NCBI GenBank assembly: GCA_045616625.1
Contig: JAZLHA010000012.1
Coordinates: 8,873-72,872, forward strand
From: Candidatus Enterousia sp.
GTDB taxonomy: Bacteria > Pseudomonadota > Alphaproteobacteria > Rs-D84
Length of the DNA stretch: 64,000 bases
Reading direction: 5' to 3'
Part shown: positions 12,495 through 21,568 of the stretch, piece by piece
How positions within the stretch are numbered: the first letter of the stretch is position 1
Layout: each line of letters starts with the position of its first letter
Position numbers and translations under genes: made by a program
Notes under the pieces: model-generated
What the model was told of the DNA's origin: nothing
The model's input: only the letters and a program-made list of their open reading frames with translations
Databases searched by the model: none

Positions 12495-12968
12495 TTACCA
12501 ACGGAAATGAGCAAACGCTTTATTCGCTTCTGCCATTTTATGAGTATCAATTTTCTTTTTGAACGCGCCACCTTGACCGTTCAAAGCATCACGCAATTCG
12601 CCAAACAATCTTTCCTGCATAGAACGTTCACCACGTTTACGTGCAAACATAACCAACCAGCGCAAAGCCATTGTTTGCTGACGTTCTTTACGAACCTCAA
12701 CAGGAACCTGATAAGTTGCACCACCAACACGGCGACCTTTAACCTCAACAGATGGTTTCAAAGCATCCACAGCCTCTAAAAATGTGGTCAATTCATCACC
12801 GTCTTTGGCAATAGATTTTAATTTATCCAATGCACCATAAACAATATTTTCAGCAACTTCTTTTTTGCCGTCCCACATAACAACATTTATACATTTTGCA
12901 ACGACCAGATTATTATATTTTGAATCTGGTAAAATTTCACGTTTTGTTGCAGCTTTACGTCTTGACAT
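12495..12968 (-). CDS. rpsG: 30S ribosomal protein S7
   Basis: 157-aa [21 protein letters not shown]...[11 protein letters not shown]. Confidence 0.97.
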   Translation of the reverse strand: MSRRKAATKREILPDSKYNNLVVAKCINVVMWDGKKEVAENIVYGALDKLKSIAKDGDELTTFLEAVDALKPSVEVKGRRVGGATYQVPVEVRKERQQTMALRWLVMFARKRGERSMQERLFGELRDALNGQGGAFKKKIDTHKMAEANKAFAHFRW

Positions 12969-13033
12969 TATATTTTCCTTTTTGTTTCTTCACCCAGTTT
13001 CCTGGATTACTCACCTATCTAACGACAGATGTA

Positions 13034-13405
13034 TTATTTTGCAGTTTTTGCCCCATACAAAGAACGACCTTGTTTTCTGGATTCAACACCCTTGGTATCT
13101 AAAACACCACGAATAATGTGATATTTTACACCAGGTAAATCCTTTACACGACCGCCACGAATCATAACAACACTGTGTTCCTGTAAGTTATGACCTTCGC
13201 CAGGGATGTATGCCGTCACTTCACGACCGTTAGCCAATTTAACACGGGCCACTTTACGTTGTGCAGAGTTAGGCTTTTTAGGTGTGGTTGTATACACACG
13301 TGTGCAAACACCACGTTTTTGTGGATTTTCCATCATATCAGGTGCAGTACTTTTAACTGCAACTTTCTTACGAGGTTTCCGAATCAGTTGATTTACTGTT
13401 GGCAT
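13034..13405 (-). CDS. rpsL: 30S ribosomal protein S12
   Basis: 123-aa [17 protein letters not shown]...[15 protein letters not shown]. Confidence 0.97.
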   Translation of the reverse strand: MPTVNQLIRKPRKKVAVKSTAPDMMENPQKRGVCTRVYTTTPKKPNSAQRKVARVKLANGREVTAYIPGEGHNLQEHSVVMIRGGRVKDLPGVKYHIIRGVLDTKGVESRKQGRSLYGAKTAK

Positions 13406-13552
13406 TCAAAATCTCTTTGTTTTTTCTTACTTTTTTTGTTATACAGAACACGCCCCCAGACTTATTTCAACGCCGTAACGTGATTATAAATCTGCCAAAA
13501 AGCGCAGTATTCTGTGTTTTTCTCTTTCCTTAATTACACGGAAAGCGCAATC

Positions 13553-13581
13553 ACTATAACCCTTGGTGCGTTAAATGTCAA
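13553..13581 (-). promoter_or_regulatory. Sigma70-type promoter of the rpsL (str) operon
   Basis: Minus strand reads TTGACA (13581-13576), a 17-nt spacer, then TATAGT (13558-13553), about 150 nt upstream of the rpsL ATG. Confidence 0.55.
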
Positions 13582-13666
13582 GGAAAATCTAGGTTTTCTA
13601 ATAAAAACGCTGACATTTATACGACACACAAGAAACCAACAAGAAATTTTAGGATTCTCACAACAA

Positions 13667-14671
13667 TTATTTTTTTGATTTTTTTATTTCACGCCATTTT
13701 GCATGATTACGCAAATGTTGCTCGTAAGTATCAGAAAATTTATGTCCGCCATGCCCATCAGCAACAAAAAATAAATAATGTGTATCCGCAGGATATAGCA
13801 CCGCACGAATTGCCGCAATACCAACATTAGAAATTGGTGCCGGTGGCAACCCAGAATTTTTATAAGTATTATACGGACTATCTATTTTCAGGTGGCCGGA
13901 GAGTAATGCCATCCCCCGCATATCACCCAAGCCACCGGTCAACGCATAAACAACCGTTGGATCGGCTTGCAGGCGCATACCTTTATTCAACCTATTCAGA
14001 TACACACTAGCAACGATTGGCATTTCTTTTGCCATCGGTGTTTCCTTTTGCACAATAGACGCTAGTGTTAAAACTTCGTTCCAACTTTTAAGTGGTGACG
14101 GCAATTTATTTATTTTGATTTGCTCGCGCACAGAAATCATTTTTTTGCGCGCTAAATCCAGAACTGCCAATCGTGATGTTCCACGCGCGACACGATAAGT
14201 ATCAGGAAAAATATCGCCATCATGTAAATTACATACTGGTACAGTATTACCAACCGCACATTCAACATCACCATATAAAGTTGGCATTTGATTTAATAAA
14301 TTTTTAATTTGTTTTATGGTTAGACCTTCTGGTATTACAACATCAGTTGTTGCCACCATGCCCGATGCTAATATAGTTGCTGCTTTCCATGCACTCGCTT
14401 TGCGTGGTATATCATAATCACCCGCATGGACACGCCCCCCCCGTAGGCGTACAGCCATTTTAAATGATGACACAGAATCAATAATACCAGCATCTTTTAA
14501 TGAATTTGCAACAGATGACACCGATTGACCCGGACTTACAACAAATTGAAAAGTATGACTTGAATTTACGCCCGATACAATTCCCCAAACAACGAAAACA
14601 AAAAACAAAATGGCGAGTAATATAAAGCCCTTTATATTTTTTTTAATCAAAGAAATCATTTTGCGTGACAT
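13667..14671 (-). CDS. mltG: Endolytic murein transglycosylase MltG (YceG-like)
   Basis: 334-aa ORF with an N-terminal TM helix and ..IPEGLT..QI...LASIVQKETPMAKEMPIVASVYLNRL..GMRLQADPTV.Y.. Confidence 0.85.
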   Translation of the reverse strand: MSRKMISLIKKNIKGFILLAILFFVFVVWGIVSGVNSSHTFQFVVSPGQSVSSVANSLKDAGIIDSVSSFKMAVRLRGGRVHAGDYDIPRKASAWKAATILASGMVATTDVVIPEGLTIKQIKNLLNQMPTLYGDVECAVGNTVPVCNLHDGDIFPDTYRVARGTSRLAVLDLARKKMISVREQIKINKLPSPLKSWNEVLTLASIVQKETPMAKEMPIVASVYLNRLNKGMRLQADPTVVYALTGGLGDMRGMALLSGHLKIDSPYNTYKNSGLPPAPISNVGIAAIRAVLYPADTHYLFFVADGHGGHKFSDTYEQHLRNHAKWREIKKSKK

Positions 14672-14776
14672 AGGTTTGATTATGACAGAATTATTTTTAT
14701 TTGCAAACGATTACATTATATAATACACTATCGCCAGAGATTGATTGTAGGATACAACAATATAGAAAATTAAAAT

Positions 14777-15538
14777 ATGGTCCATATAATTAAATTAAAT
14801 GCTGATATAATCAAATTCATTCAGCACAACATAGAATATACATCATACTTTAGACTAAAAGCTGATCGTGAAGCATTAAAATTTGCACATTGCCTATTTT
14901 TAACCCAGGATAAAAATGTATTAACATACCAATCAGTGACCCAACACAAAATTGTTCAAATATCAACATTAACAGATTCCATAATTCCGTATCCTTTGGC
15001 AATTAATTTAGAACCCATATCACATTTAGAAACTTCTGAAATAAATCTAGAAATTCCTGATTGCACATTTACAACACTACAAACTTTTTACGATATAAAT
15101 CGTCCAAAATATATTAAAAAATCTGATTTACAAACAAGTGTTGTGAAAATAGGCAATATAAAAACAAATTTGGAATATTTGGACAACATGAAAAAATACA
15201 CATCAAAACTGGAAAAATTAATACATACAGAACTAGATTTTGTTCCCACAGATAATGCAAAAAAGTATAAATGGGATACAAACCTTTTATATGATTTATC
15301 ACACGTCTTAAAGGATAATTATTACTATTATTATCCAAGCACACCAAATGATGACTTTAAACAACAAATAGCAGAAGAAACTTTAACTAAAATTTCTAGG
15401 TTTGGATATTTATATCGCACAGTCTTTGATGAAGATACATGTACAGAAAAGAAACAAACTATTCCAATTGCAATATTCTCAAAAACAATCAAAGACAGGA
15501 ACATCACCGCATTACTGTTAGGTTATAACACAAAATAA
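14777..15538 (+). CDS. Hypothetical protein (253 aa, very AT-rich, no motif recognised)
   Basis: Long uninterrupted ORF followed directly by a rho-independent terminator. It contains a YYYYYP run. No signal peptide or TM segment is evident. Confidence 0.6.
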   Translation: MVHIIKLNADIIKFIQHNIEYTSYFRLKADREALKFAHCLFLTQDKNVLTYQSVTQHKIVQISTLTDSIIPYPLAINLEPISHLETSEINLEIPDCTFTTLQTFYDINRPKYIKKSDLQTSVVKIGNIKTNLEYLDNMKKYTSKLEKLIHTELDFVPTDNAKKYKWDTNLLYDLSHVLKDNYYYYYPSTPNDDFKQQIAEETLTKISRFGYLYRTVFDEDTCTEKKQTIPIAIFSKTIKDRNITALLLGYNTK

Positions 15539-15564
15539 AACCGCGATAAACGCGGTTTTATTTT
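15539..15564 (+). terminator. Rho-independent terminator after the 253-aa ORF
   Basis: ccgcg-ataaa-cgcgg hairpin followed by ttttatttt. Confidence 0.7.
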
Positions 15565-15565
15565 A

Positions 15566-15590
15566 TGGTTAGAGCAACAAGAATCTTCCC
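15566..15590. repeat. Degenerate direct repeat of the tRNA-Pro 3' end (possible eroded att site)
   Basis: tggttagagcaacaagaatcttccc versus tggtcggagtaacaagattcgaacc at 18312-18336, 17/25 identical in the same orientation. Confidence 0.35.
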
Positions 15591-15613
15591 AGCAAAAAAC
15601 GATTATTTTGTAC

Positions 15614-16553
15614 CTAAAACTTTTGTTGCATTGTAAATTCAAGGGTTGTTTTGTCATATTCCCTTTGCCAAAGATTTGAATCTCTTTTTGTATAACTGAA
15701 TGTCAATGTTGGTACAAACCCCCATATATCAAATTTATTATTAGATAAAGATACAGAATATCTTTGGGTCATATCTTTTTCTGTCTTTTTAACAAAACCT
15801 GTATCTGATGCCACATATTGTGCCCCATCATAATTTGTCCAATAAAGACTTGGTTCTGCATATATATGAAAACCCCATGGTAATTCTGCACCCAGTCCCA
15901 AACCAATGCTTGGTTGCCAATAACTATAAACATCTGTTATTGCTTCTTCTCTTGTTAAACCAAACCTTAATGAAGAATATATGCTTGAATTAAAGGCATA
16001 AAATAATCTGGCTGTTCCTGAATATGTTTGTCCATCCATATATTCAGAATAATCATCATATGAATTTTCTAAAAACCTTAAATAAACACCTGCTGAAAGT
16101 TTCCTAGTTATATCATAATTGGTATCTAATTTTGCACCATATGACCAATTATAACCTTCACCACCATAAAATCTTCTTGTTGCCATAGGTGCCAACCAAA
16201 CATCACCCTTGAACCATATGTATCTTAGACCAGAACTTGCATAAAAATATAAATCATCAAATTTATGTTTGTCATAAATATTACCATAAAAACCACCTTT
16301 CAATTTCCAAAGACCCATTGACCATTTTAGGTGTCATTGTTAATATTTGTTTTGCATGTTCAAAATCACCTTTCTCAACCAGAGCACCCGCCAATTGCAT
16401 TGCTTCTGTGGTTGTCATAGTAATTTCTTGTGTATCAGAATCTTTTTCTGTATCACTATCGGATCCAGCCCACAAAACAGTGGGCTGGATCAATAACAAG
16501 ATAAATATAAGTATTTTTTCATTATTCTGGCTGATTGGTTTTAACACCACCAA
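15614..16553 (-). pseudogene. Slam-like (DUF560-type) outer-membrane translocator, interrupted by frameshift(s)
   Basis: ORF 16281-16553 carries a signal peptide and a TPR-like helix pair. ORF 15614-16318 is a 234-aa aromatic-rich beta-barrel ending LEFTMQQKF with no signal peptide of its own. The frames overlap by 38 nt. An A6 run follows the coupled ATG at 16522. Confidence 0.5.
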
Positions 16554-17997
16554 AACCCATATTTACCCTAACTTCACCCTCTTTTGAAGGAATACTTTCA
16601 ACATATTGTGCAACACCTGCAAACTCTTCTGGGGCTCCATTAACACCATAATAATTTATTTCAATTTTACCTTTTGAATCTGATTGTTTATCATAACCAG
16701 TACCATTGTAATTACCCGGTTTTTCTATAGTTACAGTCTTAGAGCCACCACCCATATCTTTCAAAGCAAAATTTTCATCTTTTGCTTCACCTGTAAATTT
16801 AAAGTTGACTGGGGCATCATTTGCCGCTTTATAAACTTCAACATCATACCAATTATTTTCACCAAATCCCATTATTAGTGTTTGATCACCTTCAGTAAAT
16901 TTTAATGTAGCAGGTGCATCTAATTTCAACTCATCTTTGGTGTCATCAATACCTTGAACTGTTCCTACTGCTTTACCCACAAAAGTCATTGTAGTATCCT
17001 TATCAGGTGCCACTTTCTTTTCATCATAACCACCAGCAAAAGGTTCATACGATTTGTAATTTCCTATAAACTCACCATTTTCATATTCTTTCAAATCAAC
17101 AAAAAATTGTCCAAAATCTGAATATTTATTCCCGGTGTCCTGACCATATGTTTTAATTGTTGTTGTTCCTTCTAATTTTTTATGTACAGTTTGTCCACCA
17201 TGTTCTTCATCTCTTTCTTGAACAACACTAAATACATTTGTATCTCCTTGTCTTTTTAAATATCCATCATCTGAAGTATCTTGTGTGTCTAAGTGCCCAA
17301 TCTCTTCAGAATTAAGAGCATATGATGTTACACCCACAATTTTATAATCTTTATTCAATTTGAACTTTACTATATCTAACCCTCCTTGTTCATCACCATT
17401 GGATGCAGATGACATAATAAAGTGTGCATTATCTAATGTTAATATATCTGTGTTTCTATGCAATTCATCAAGGTCAAAACTAGCTCTACTAGCCAATATA
17501 CGCTCTGCTGTTTCTTGAGCGTTTCCACCAACAAAACAATTACTACCAGACAACAATTTTAAGGCTGCTTGAATTTTTGTTCTTCCTTTTACTATTTTAT
17601 TATCAATTTGTTCTTGACTATTAAACAAATCAATAATTTCTTGTTCTGTGGTATCATTTTTTGCCAACCAAAAAGCAACATCAACCAATTCTCTTGCATT
17701 ATCATACTTTAAATTACCAGTAGTTTCTTTAGAAAATGCTGCTCTAGCTGTTGTTGCAGGATCATTCAACAAAGTTCCTATTTCATTAAGATACTCAGTA
17801 TCTGTTTCACCAGACATCACAATTTTTTTAACATTTTCTTGCATATCTGCTGGATCTGTAGTTGTCATACTAACAACATTCCTATTACTTGTTCTATAGT
17901 CCATCACTTCACTGTGCACACTGCCACCACCAGAACCACCACCAGTTGCACAAGCTGTTAATGCTAATACAGATGTTAGAATTGCATATTTTTTCAT
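16522..17997 (-). CDS. Surface-lipoprotein candidate (TbpB/fHbp-style lipobox, Gly linker and C-terminal barrel-like end)
   Basis: AAGGAG RBS, then MKKYAILTSVLALTAC/ATGGGSGGGS. The C-terminus is ..EFAGVAQYVESIPSKEGEVRVNMGFGGVKTNQPE. The ORF-track N-terminal extension to 18081 was rejected. Confidence 0.6.
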   Translation of the reverse strand: MKKYAILTSVLALTACATGGGSGGGSVHSEVMDYRTSNRNVVSMTTTDPADMQENVKKIVMSGETDTEYLNEIGTLLNDPATTARAAFSKETTGNLKYDNARELVDVAFWLAKNDTTEQEIIDLFNSQEQIDNKIVKGRTKIQAALKLLSGSNCFVGGNAQETAERILASRASFDLDELHRNTDILTLDNAHFIMSSASNGDEQGGLDIVKFKLNKDYKIVGVTSYALNSEEIGHLDTQDTSDDGYLKRQGDTNVFSVVQERDEEHGGQTVHKKLEGTTTIKTYGQDTGNKYSDFGQFFVDLKEYENGEFIGNYKSYEPFAGGYDEKKVAPDKDTTMTFVGKAVGTVQGIDDTKDELKLDAPATLKFTEGDQTLIMGFGENNWYDVEVYKAANDAPVNFKFTGEAKDENFALKDMGGGSKTVTIEKPGNYNGTGYDKQSDSKGKIEINYYGVNGAPEEFAGVAQYVESIPSKEGEVRVNMGFGGVKTNQPE

Positions 17998-18311
17998 AGT
18001 TTCTCCTTTTATTGCAATAAAATAAAACCACCTATGGGATATTTCATTTGATATGATAGTATTCACAAGGTTGGAAAGCAATATATTTTTAGTGTGATAT
18101 TTATATGATTAACCTGATTAGAAAGATTAAGGTTTTTTATTTTTTCAGATTATTTAATATGTCTACCAATAAAACATTACAATCTTGTACCTGCTCTCTT
18201 CACAAGAATTATGACATGATATTTTGAATATTTTGCTCCATATTTGCTCCAAATCAAAAATACTGATGATATTTTTTGAATATATTATAAGCAAAAATCA
18301 GCAGAAATCCT

Positions 18312-18388
<77 letters not shown>

Positions 18389-18433
18389 ATAAAAGTTCAC
18401 AAATTATGCTATTGCTCAAAACAAAAATCAAGT

Positions 18434-19684
18434 TTATTTCACGCGTTTGAACACAATTGTTGCATTCGTTCCGCCAAAGCCAAACGAATTACTTAACGCA
18501 ACATCAACATTTCGTTTTTGTGCAACATTTGGAACCAGATTGAAATCACCAACTTCGTCAATTGGATCATCCAGATTGATTGTTGGTGGAACAATATTAT
18601 CACGAATGGCCAATATACTAAATATTGCCTCTATCGCACCAGCCGCACCCAGCAAGTGTCCCGTCATAGATTTTGTGGATGACATGCACGCATTTGTTCC
18701 ACCAAACATTTCACTAACAGCAATCATTTCACCAACATCACCCAATCCAGTTGATGTTCCATGTGCATTTATATAGTCAACATCTGATGGTTGCAAATTC
18801 GCATCTTTTAATGCTGCACGCATCGCACGTGCCCCACCCGCACCATTTGGTGCCGGCGCCGTTATATGATGCGCATCCGCCGACAGTCCATAACCTGCAA
18901 CCTCGGCATAAATTTTGGCACCACGTGCAACAGCATGTTCATATTCTTCCAACACTAAAATTCCAGCTCCTTCTGACAACACAAAACCATCACGGTTTTT
19001 ATCCCATGGACGTGACGCATGTTCTGGGTCATCATTACGCGTTGACAATGCACGCATTGCTGCAAACCCAGCGAGTCCAACTGGAACAACAGCACCCTCG
19101 GTTCCGCCACACACCATAATATCTGCATCACCATGCATTATGAATTGTGCCGCTTCTGCAATAGAATGTGACCCTGTCGCACATGCGGTTGCAACAGATA
19201 TATTTGGTCCCCCCAGGCCATAACGAATTGATGTATAACCAGCCGTCATATTTACAATCGCTTTCGTCACAAAAAATGGGCTTACAAAACGTGGACCATC
19301 TTTTTCCAACCCCAGTGCAATATCACAAATAGAACCCAAACCACCAACACCACTACCAATAGAAACACCAATACGCTCTTTATCTCCATCATAATCTATT
19401 AAATTAGCATCACGCATAGCCTCGTCCACGGCGACCAAACCATAAACAATTGTTTTATCCATTTTACGTTGTTCACGTGGGTCAATTACAGAATCAGGAT
19501 TAAATAACCCCGGTGTATCACCACGCACAGGAACGCCAGCAATTTGCGATGCAAACTGGGATACATCAAACAAATCAATTTTTCTTATTCCAGATTTTCC
19601 ATCCAAAATATTTTTCCATGCATATTCAACACCAGTTCCAACTGGAGATACTATACCCATACCTGTTACGACAACTCTTTTCAT
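18434..19684 (-). CDS. fabF: 3-oxoacyl-ACP synthase II
   Basis: 416-aa ORF MKRVVVTGMGIVSPVG...ATACATGSHSI...NAHGTSTGLGD...SNSFGFGGTNA. Confidence 0.95.
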   Translation of the reverse strand: MKRVVVTGMGIVSPVGTGVEYAWKNILDGKSGIRKIDLFDVSQFASQIAGVPVRGDTPGLFNPDSVIDPREQRKMDKTIVYGLVAVDEAMRDANLIDYDGDKERIGVSIGSGVGGLGSICDIALGLEKDGPRFVSPFFVTKAIVNMTAGYTSIRYGLGGPNISVATACATGSHSIAEAAQFIMHGDADIMVCGGTEGAVVPVGLAGFAAMRALSTRNDDPEHASRPWDKNRDGFVLSEGAGILVLEEYEHAVARGAKIYAEVAGYGLSADAHHITAPAPNGAGGARAMRAALKDANLQPSDVDYINAHGTSTGLGDVGEMIAVSEMFGGTNACMSSTKSMTGHLLGAAGAIEAIFSILAIRDNIVPPTINLDDPIDEVGDFNLVPNVAQKRNVDVALSNSFGFGGTNATIVFKRVK

Positions 19685-19747
19685 ATTTATAACCTTTTAT
19701 TGTTTATTATTACGCAGACATCATAAACTTTTTCATATTAAAAATAC

Positions 19748-19780
19748 AGAAAAAAATCCGCCAGTAAAAACCAGCGGATT
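19748..19780 (-). terminator. Hairpin plus T-tract between acpP and fabF (attenuating terminator)
   Basis: Minus strand reads aatccgc-(12 nt)-gcggatt followed by ttttttt. Confidence 0.5.
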
Positions 19781-19801
19781 AAAATTAAAACTCACTTCAA
19801 A

Positions 19802-20035
19802 TTATTTTTGATGTGCTTCAATATATTTAACAGCGTCAGAAACTTTTTCTAATTTTGCCGCTTCTTCATCAGGAATAGTAATGTTAAATTGTTTTTCAAC
19901 CTCCATTACGAATTCAACAACGTCCAATGAATCTGCGCCCAAATCATTAACAAATGCAGAATCTTCTTTGATTGTACCTTCTGCTACACCCAATTTGTCA
20001 GCTATGATTTTTTTTACTTGTTCTAAAGTTGTCAT
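19802..20035 (-). CDS. acpP: Acyl carrier protein
   Basis: MTTLEQVKKIIADKLGV...LGADSLDVVEFVMEVE. The start was moved to ATG 20035 (the ORF track extends to 20098). Confidence 0.95.
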   Translation of the reverse strand: MTTLEQVKKIIADKLGVAEGTIKEDSAFVNDLGADSLDVVEFVMEVEKQFNITIPDEEAAKLEKVSDAVKYIEAHQK

Positions 20036-20161
20036 TTTATATCCTTTGTTTAAGTTAAACTTATGTGCCCATCTACCCCGAGCGTCAATACACAACAAAA
20101 TATCATTTTATAATTATAGTGTCAAGGAATTATAACAAACAATAACAAAACTTGACAAAAA

Positions 20162-21175
20162 CTATTCAATTGTATTACTCAACAAATCATCTAATAATTT
20201 ATTCATATTATCGCGCACATCTTCACGGTCAGCCGCCCAAACCAAGCGTCGCATAATAAATTTATAGACATCATCCATTGTTAATTCTGGTATTTTTGCA
20301 CGTGCACAAACACGCGCCCACGCAACACGCGGATCCGCCAAATGATTTTTGCACCGTCCCACAAAAACCCAATCACTATTTTCCTGAGGCAAACTTTCTA
20401 ATAATACAACCGCCCTATCGGACAACGGCCAATCACGCCATAAGTAATGATTAAAATCTAAATCATCCCACTGCATAGAAAATACTTTTGTTTTTGGTAG
20501 AAAACTATATATCAACATTAAAAATACCGCACGCATAACGGGAATATCTTCTTGATTTATGGCGCGAACCAACGAGTGTAAACCATTTATAGTCAAAGGA
20601 CATTTGCGAGTATGCTTTTCAACCCTTGGCAATTCAGATACAGGATTATTTTTAACATAACCTGTTTCAATTGCATACTTAAAAACACTATTTAGCAATT
20701 CTTGCATTCGACCAGGAATCGCACACCCTTTTATTTTTCCCAACACTATTTTCAAATCATCCGTGGTAATTTCAGAAATGTTTTTATCAAATAAATCAGA
20801 AAGATGTATATTTATCGAACGCACTAATTTAACAGATGAATCTTCAGAACGACGAACACGATTTTTTACATAATCATCTATGAATTCTTTGAATGAAATT
20901 TTTTTACGTCGTACAGGAATCTTTTTTATCGCCGAATCTAACAACCCGGGCACAACAGCGCGTGCATCTTCAATGTCCACATTCGGATAATTACCAATAA
21001 TAATTCTCTTATCAATTCCATGAACACGTTTACGAACAAAAAAAGTTTTTACCCCACGTGAAGTTATATACATACGTAGACGTGGTTCAGACAAATCTTG
21101 AACTACATCAAACCCCTTGGCTGGCGCAGGTAAATTATCAAGGATATAAGAATTAAAGAAAAATTGATGTGCCAT
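20162..21175 (-). CDS. Tyrosine-integrase-like protein (P4-type arm domain, catalytic residues apparently lost)
   Basis: The N-terminus ..LRMYITSRGVKTFFVRKRVHGIDKRIIIGNYPNVDIEDAR resembles the integrase arm-binding domain. I could not find the R / HxxR / Y motifs in the C-terminal half. Confidence 0.55.
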   Translation of the reverse strand: MAHQFFFNSYILDNLPAPAKGFDVVQDLSEPRLRMYITSRGVKTFFVRKRVHGIDKRIIIGNYPNVDIEDARAVVPGLLDSAIKKIPVRRKKISFKEFIDDYVKNRVRRSEDSSVKLVRSINIHLSDLFDKNISEITTDDLKIVLGKIKGCAIPGRMQELLNSVFKYAIETGYVKNNPVSELPRVEKHTRKCPLTINGLHSLVRAINQEDIPVMRAVFLMLIYSFLPKTKVFSMQWDDLDFNHYLWRDWPLSDRAVVLLESLPQENSDWVFVGRCKNHLADPRVAWARVCARAKIPELTMDDVYKFIMRRLVWAADREDVRDNMNKLLDDLLSNTIE

Positions 21176-21568
21176 TTATCGCCCCAATGTAAAAATATTT
21201 TTTATATCATTTATTAGATTTCTACGCGCAACCTTTACATTTTGTTGCGCAATTTCAAATTCTTTTTCCGTTTTCGTATAACACTTACGCTTATCATAAT
21301 ACTTACAATTTTTACATTCTAAACAATCTAAATCTTTATCAAAATTTTTACAGTGTTGAACCAACACTTCCCTATCAGAATCAATAAAAATTAAATTAAT
21401 ACATTTTGGTAAATTCATCTCATTATATATACACTCATCATAAGCCAACAAATTCATAGAAGAGCTTATATCCATCATTGCACCATCAAGTTTCTGTTTA
21501 GCGATTACTTTTTGGGATCGTGCAAATTTATAATCATAATACATTTGTTTTATATTCATTTTATTCAC
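21176..21568 (-). CDS. Hypothetical Cys-rich protein (130 aa)
   Basis: The ORF overlaps the lepA stop by 8 nt and abuts the integrase-like ATG. It contains ..[25 protein letters not shown].. Confidence 0.5.
   Translation of the reverse strand: MNKMNIKQMYYDYKFARSQKVIAKQKLDGAMMDISSSMNLLAYDECIYNEMNLPKCINLIFIDSDREVLVQHCKNFDKDLDCLECKNCKYYDKRKCYTKTEKEFEIAQQNVKVARRNLINDIKNIFTLGR

Noticed and set aside
130-13483. Dozens of 60-165-aa ORFs on the plus strand or in alternative frames across the ribosomal-protein, tuf and fusA region (for example 257-682, 1087-1467, 7112-7609, 9498-9923, 10940-11311, 12227-12571).
   Set aside because: They lie antisense to, or out of frame within, highly conserved genes. 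Their translations are low-complexity (F/L/C/T-rich) with no RBS or motif. They are shadow ORFs.
16281-16330. Programmed +1 ribosomal frameshift joining the two Slam-like ORFs at UUU-UUA.
   Set aside because: UUU-to-UUU re-pairing is possible. However, the following 0-frame codon (UUA) should be abundant in this AT-rich genome, so no pause is expected, and no stimulatory SD-like or structural element is evident. A mutation or tract slippage is more parsimonious.
18040-18130. Fur-box-like AT-rich strings (tgatatgatagtattca, tgatatttatatgatta) upstream of the TbpB-style lipoprotein gene, which would fit iron regulation.
   Set aside because: They match only 4-6 of 7 positions per half-site, in a very AT-rich spacer, which is indistinguishable from chance by eye. 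This is worth a PWM scan but is not reportable as a site.
20162-21175. Calling the integrase-like gene, together with tRNA-Pro, an active integrative element.
   Set aside because: The integrase-like ORF lacks readable catalytic motifs. It is separated from the tRNA by acpP-fabF and lies on the opposite side from the islet. No flanking direct repeats were found. It is not annotated as a mobile element.
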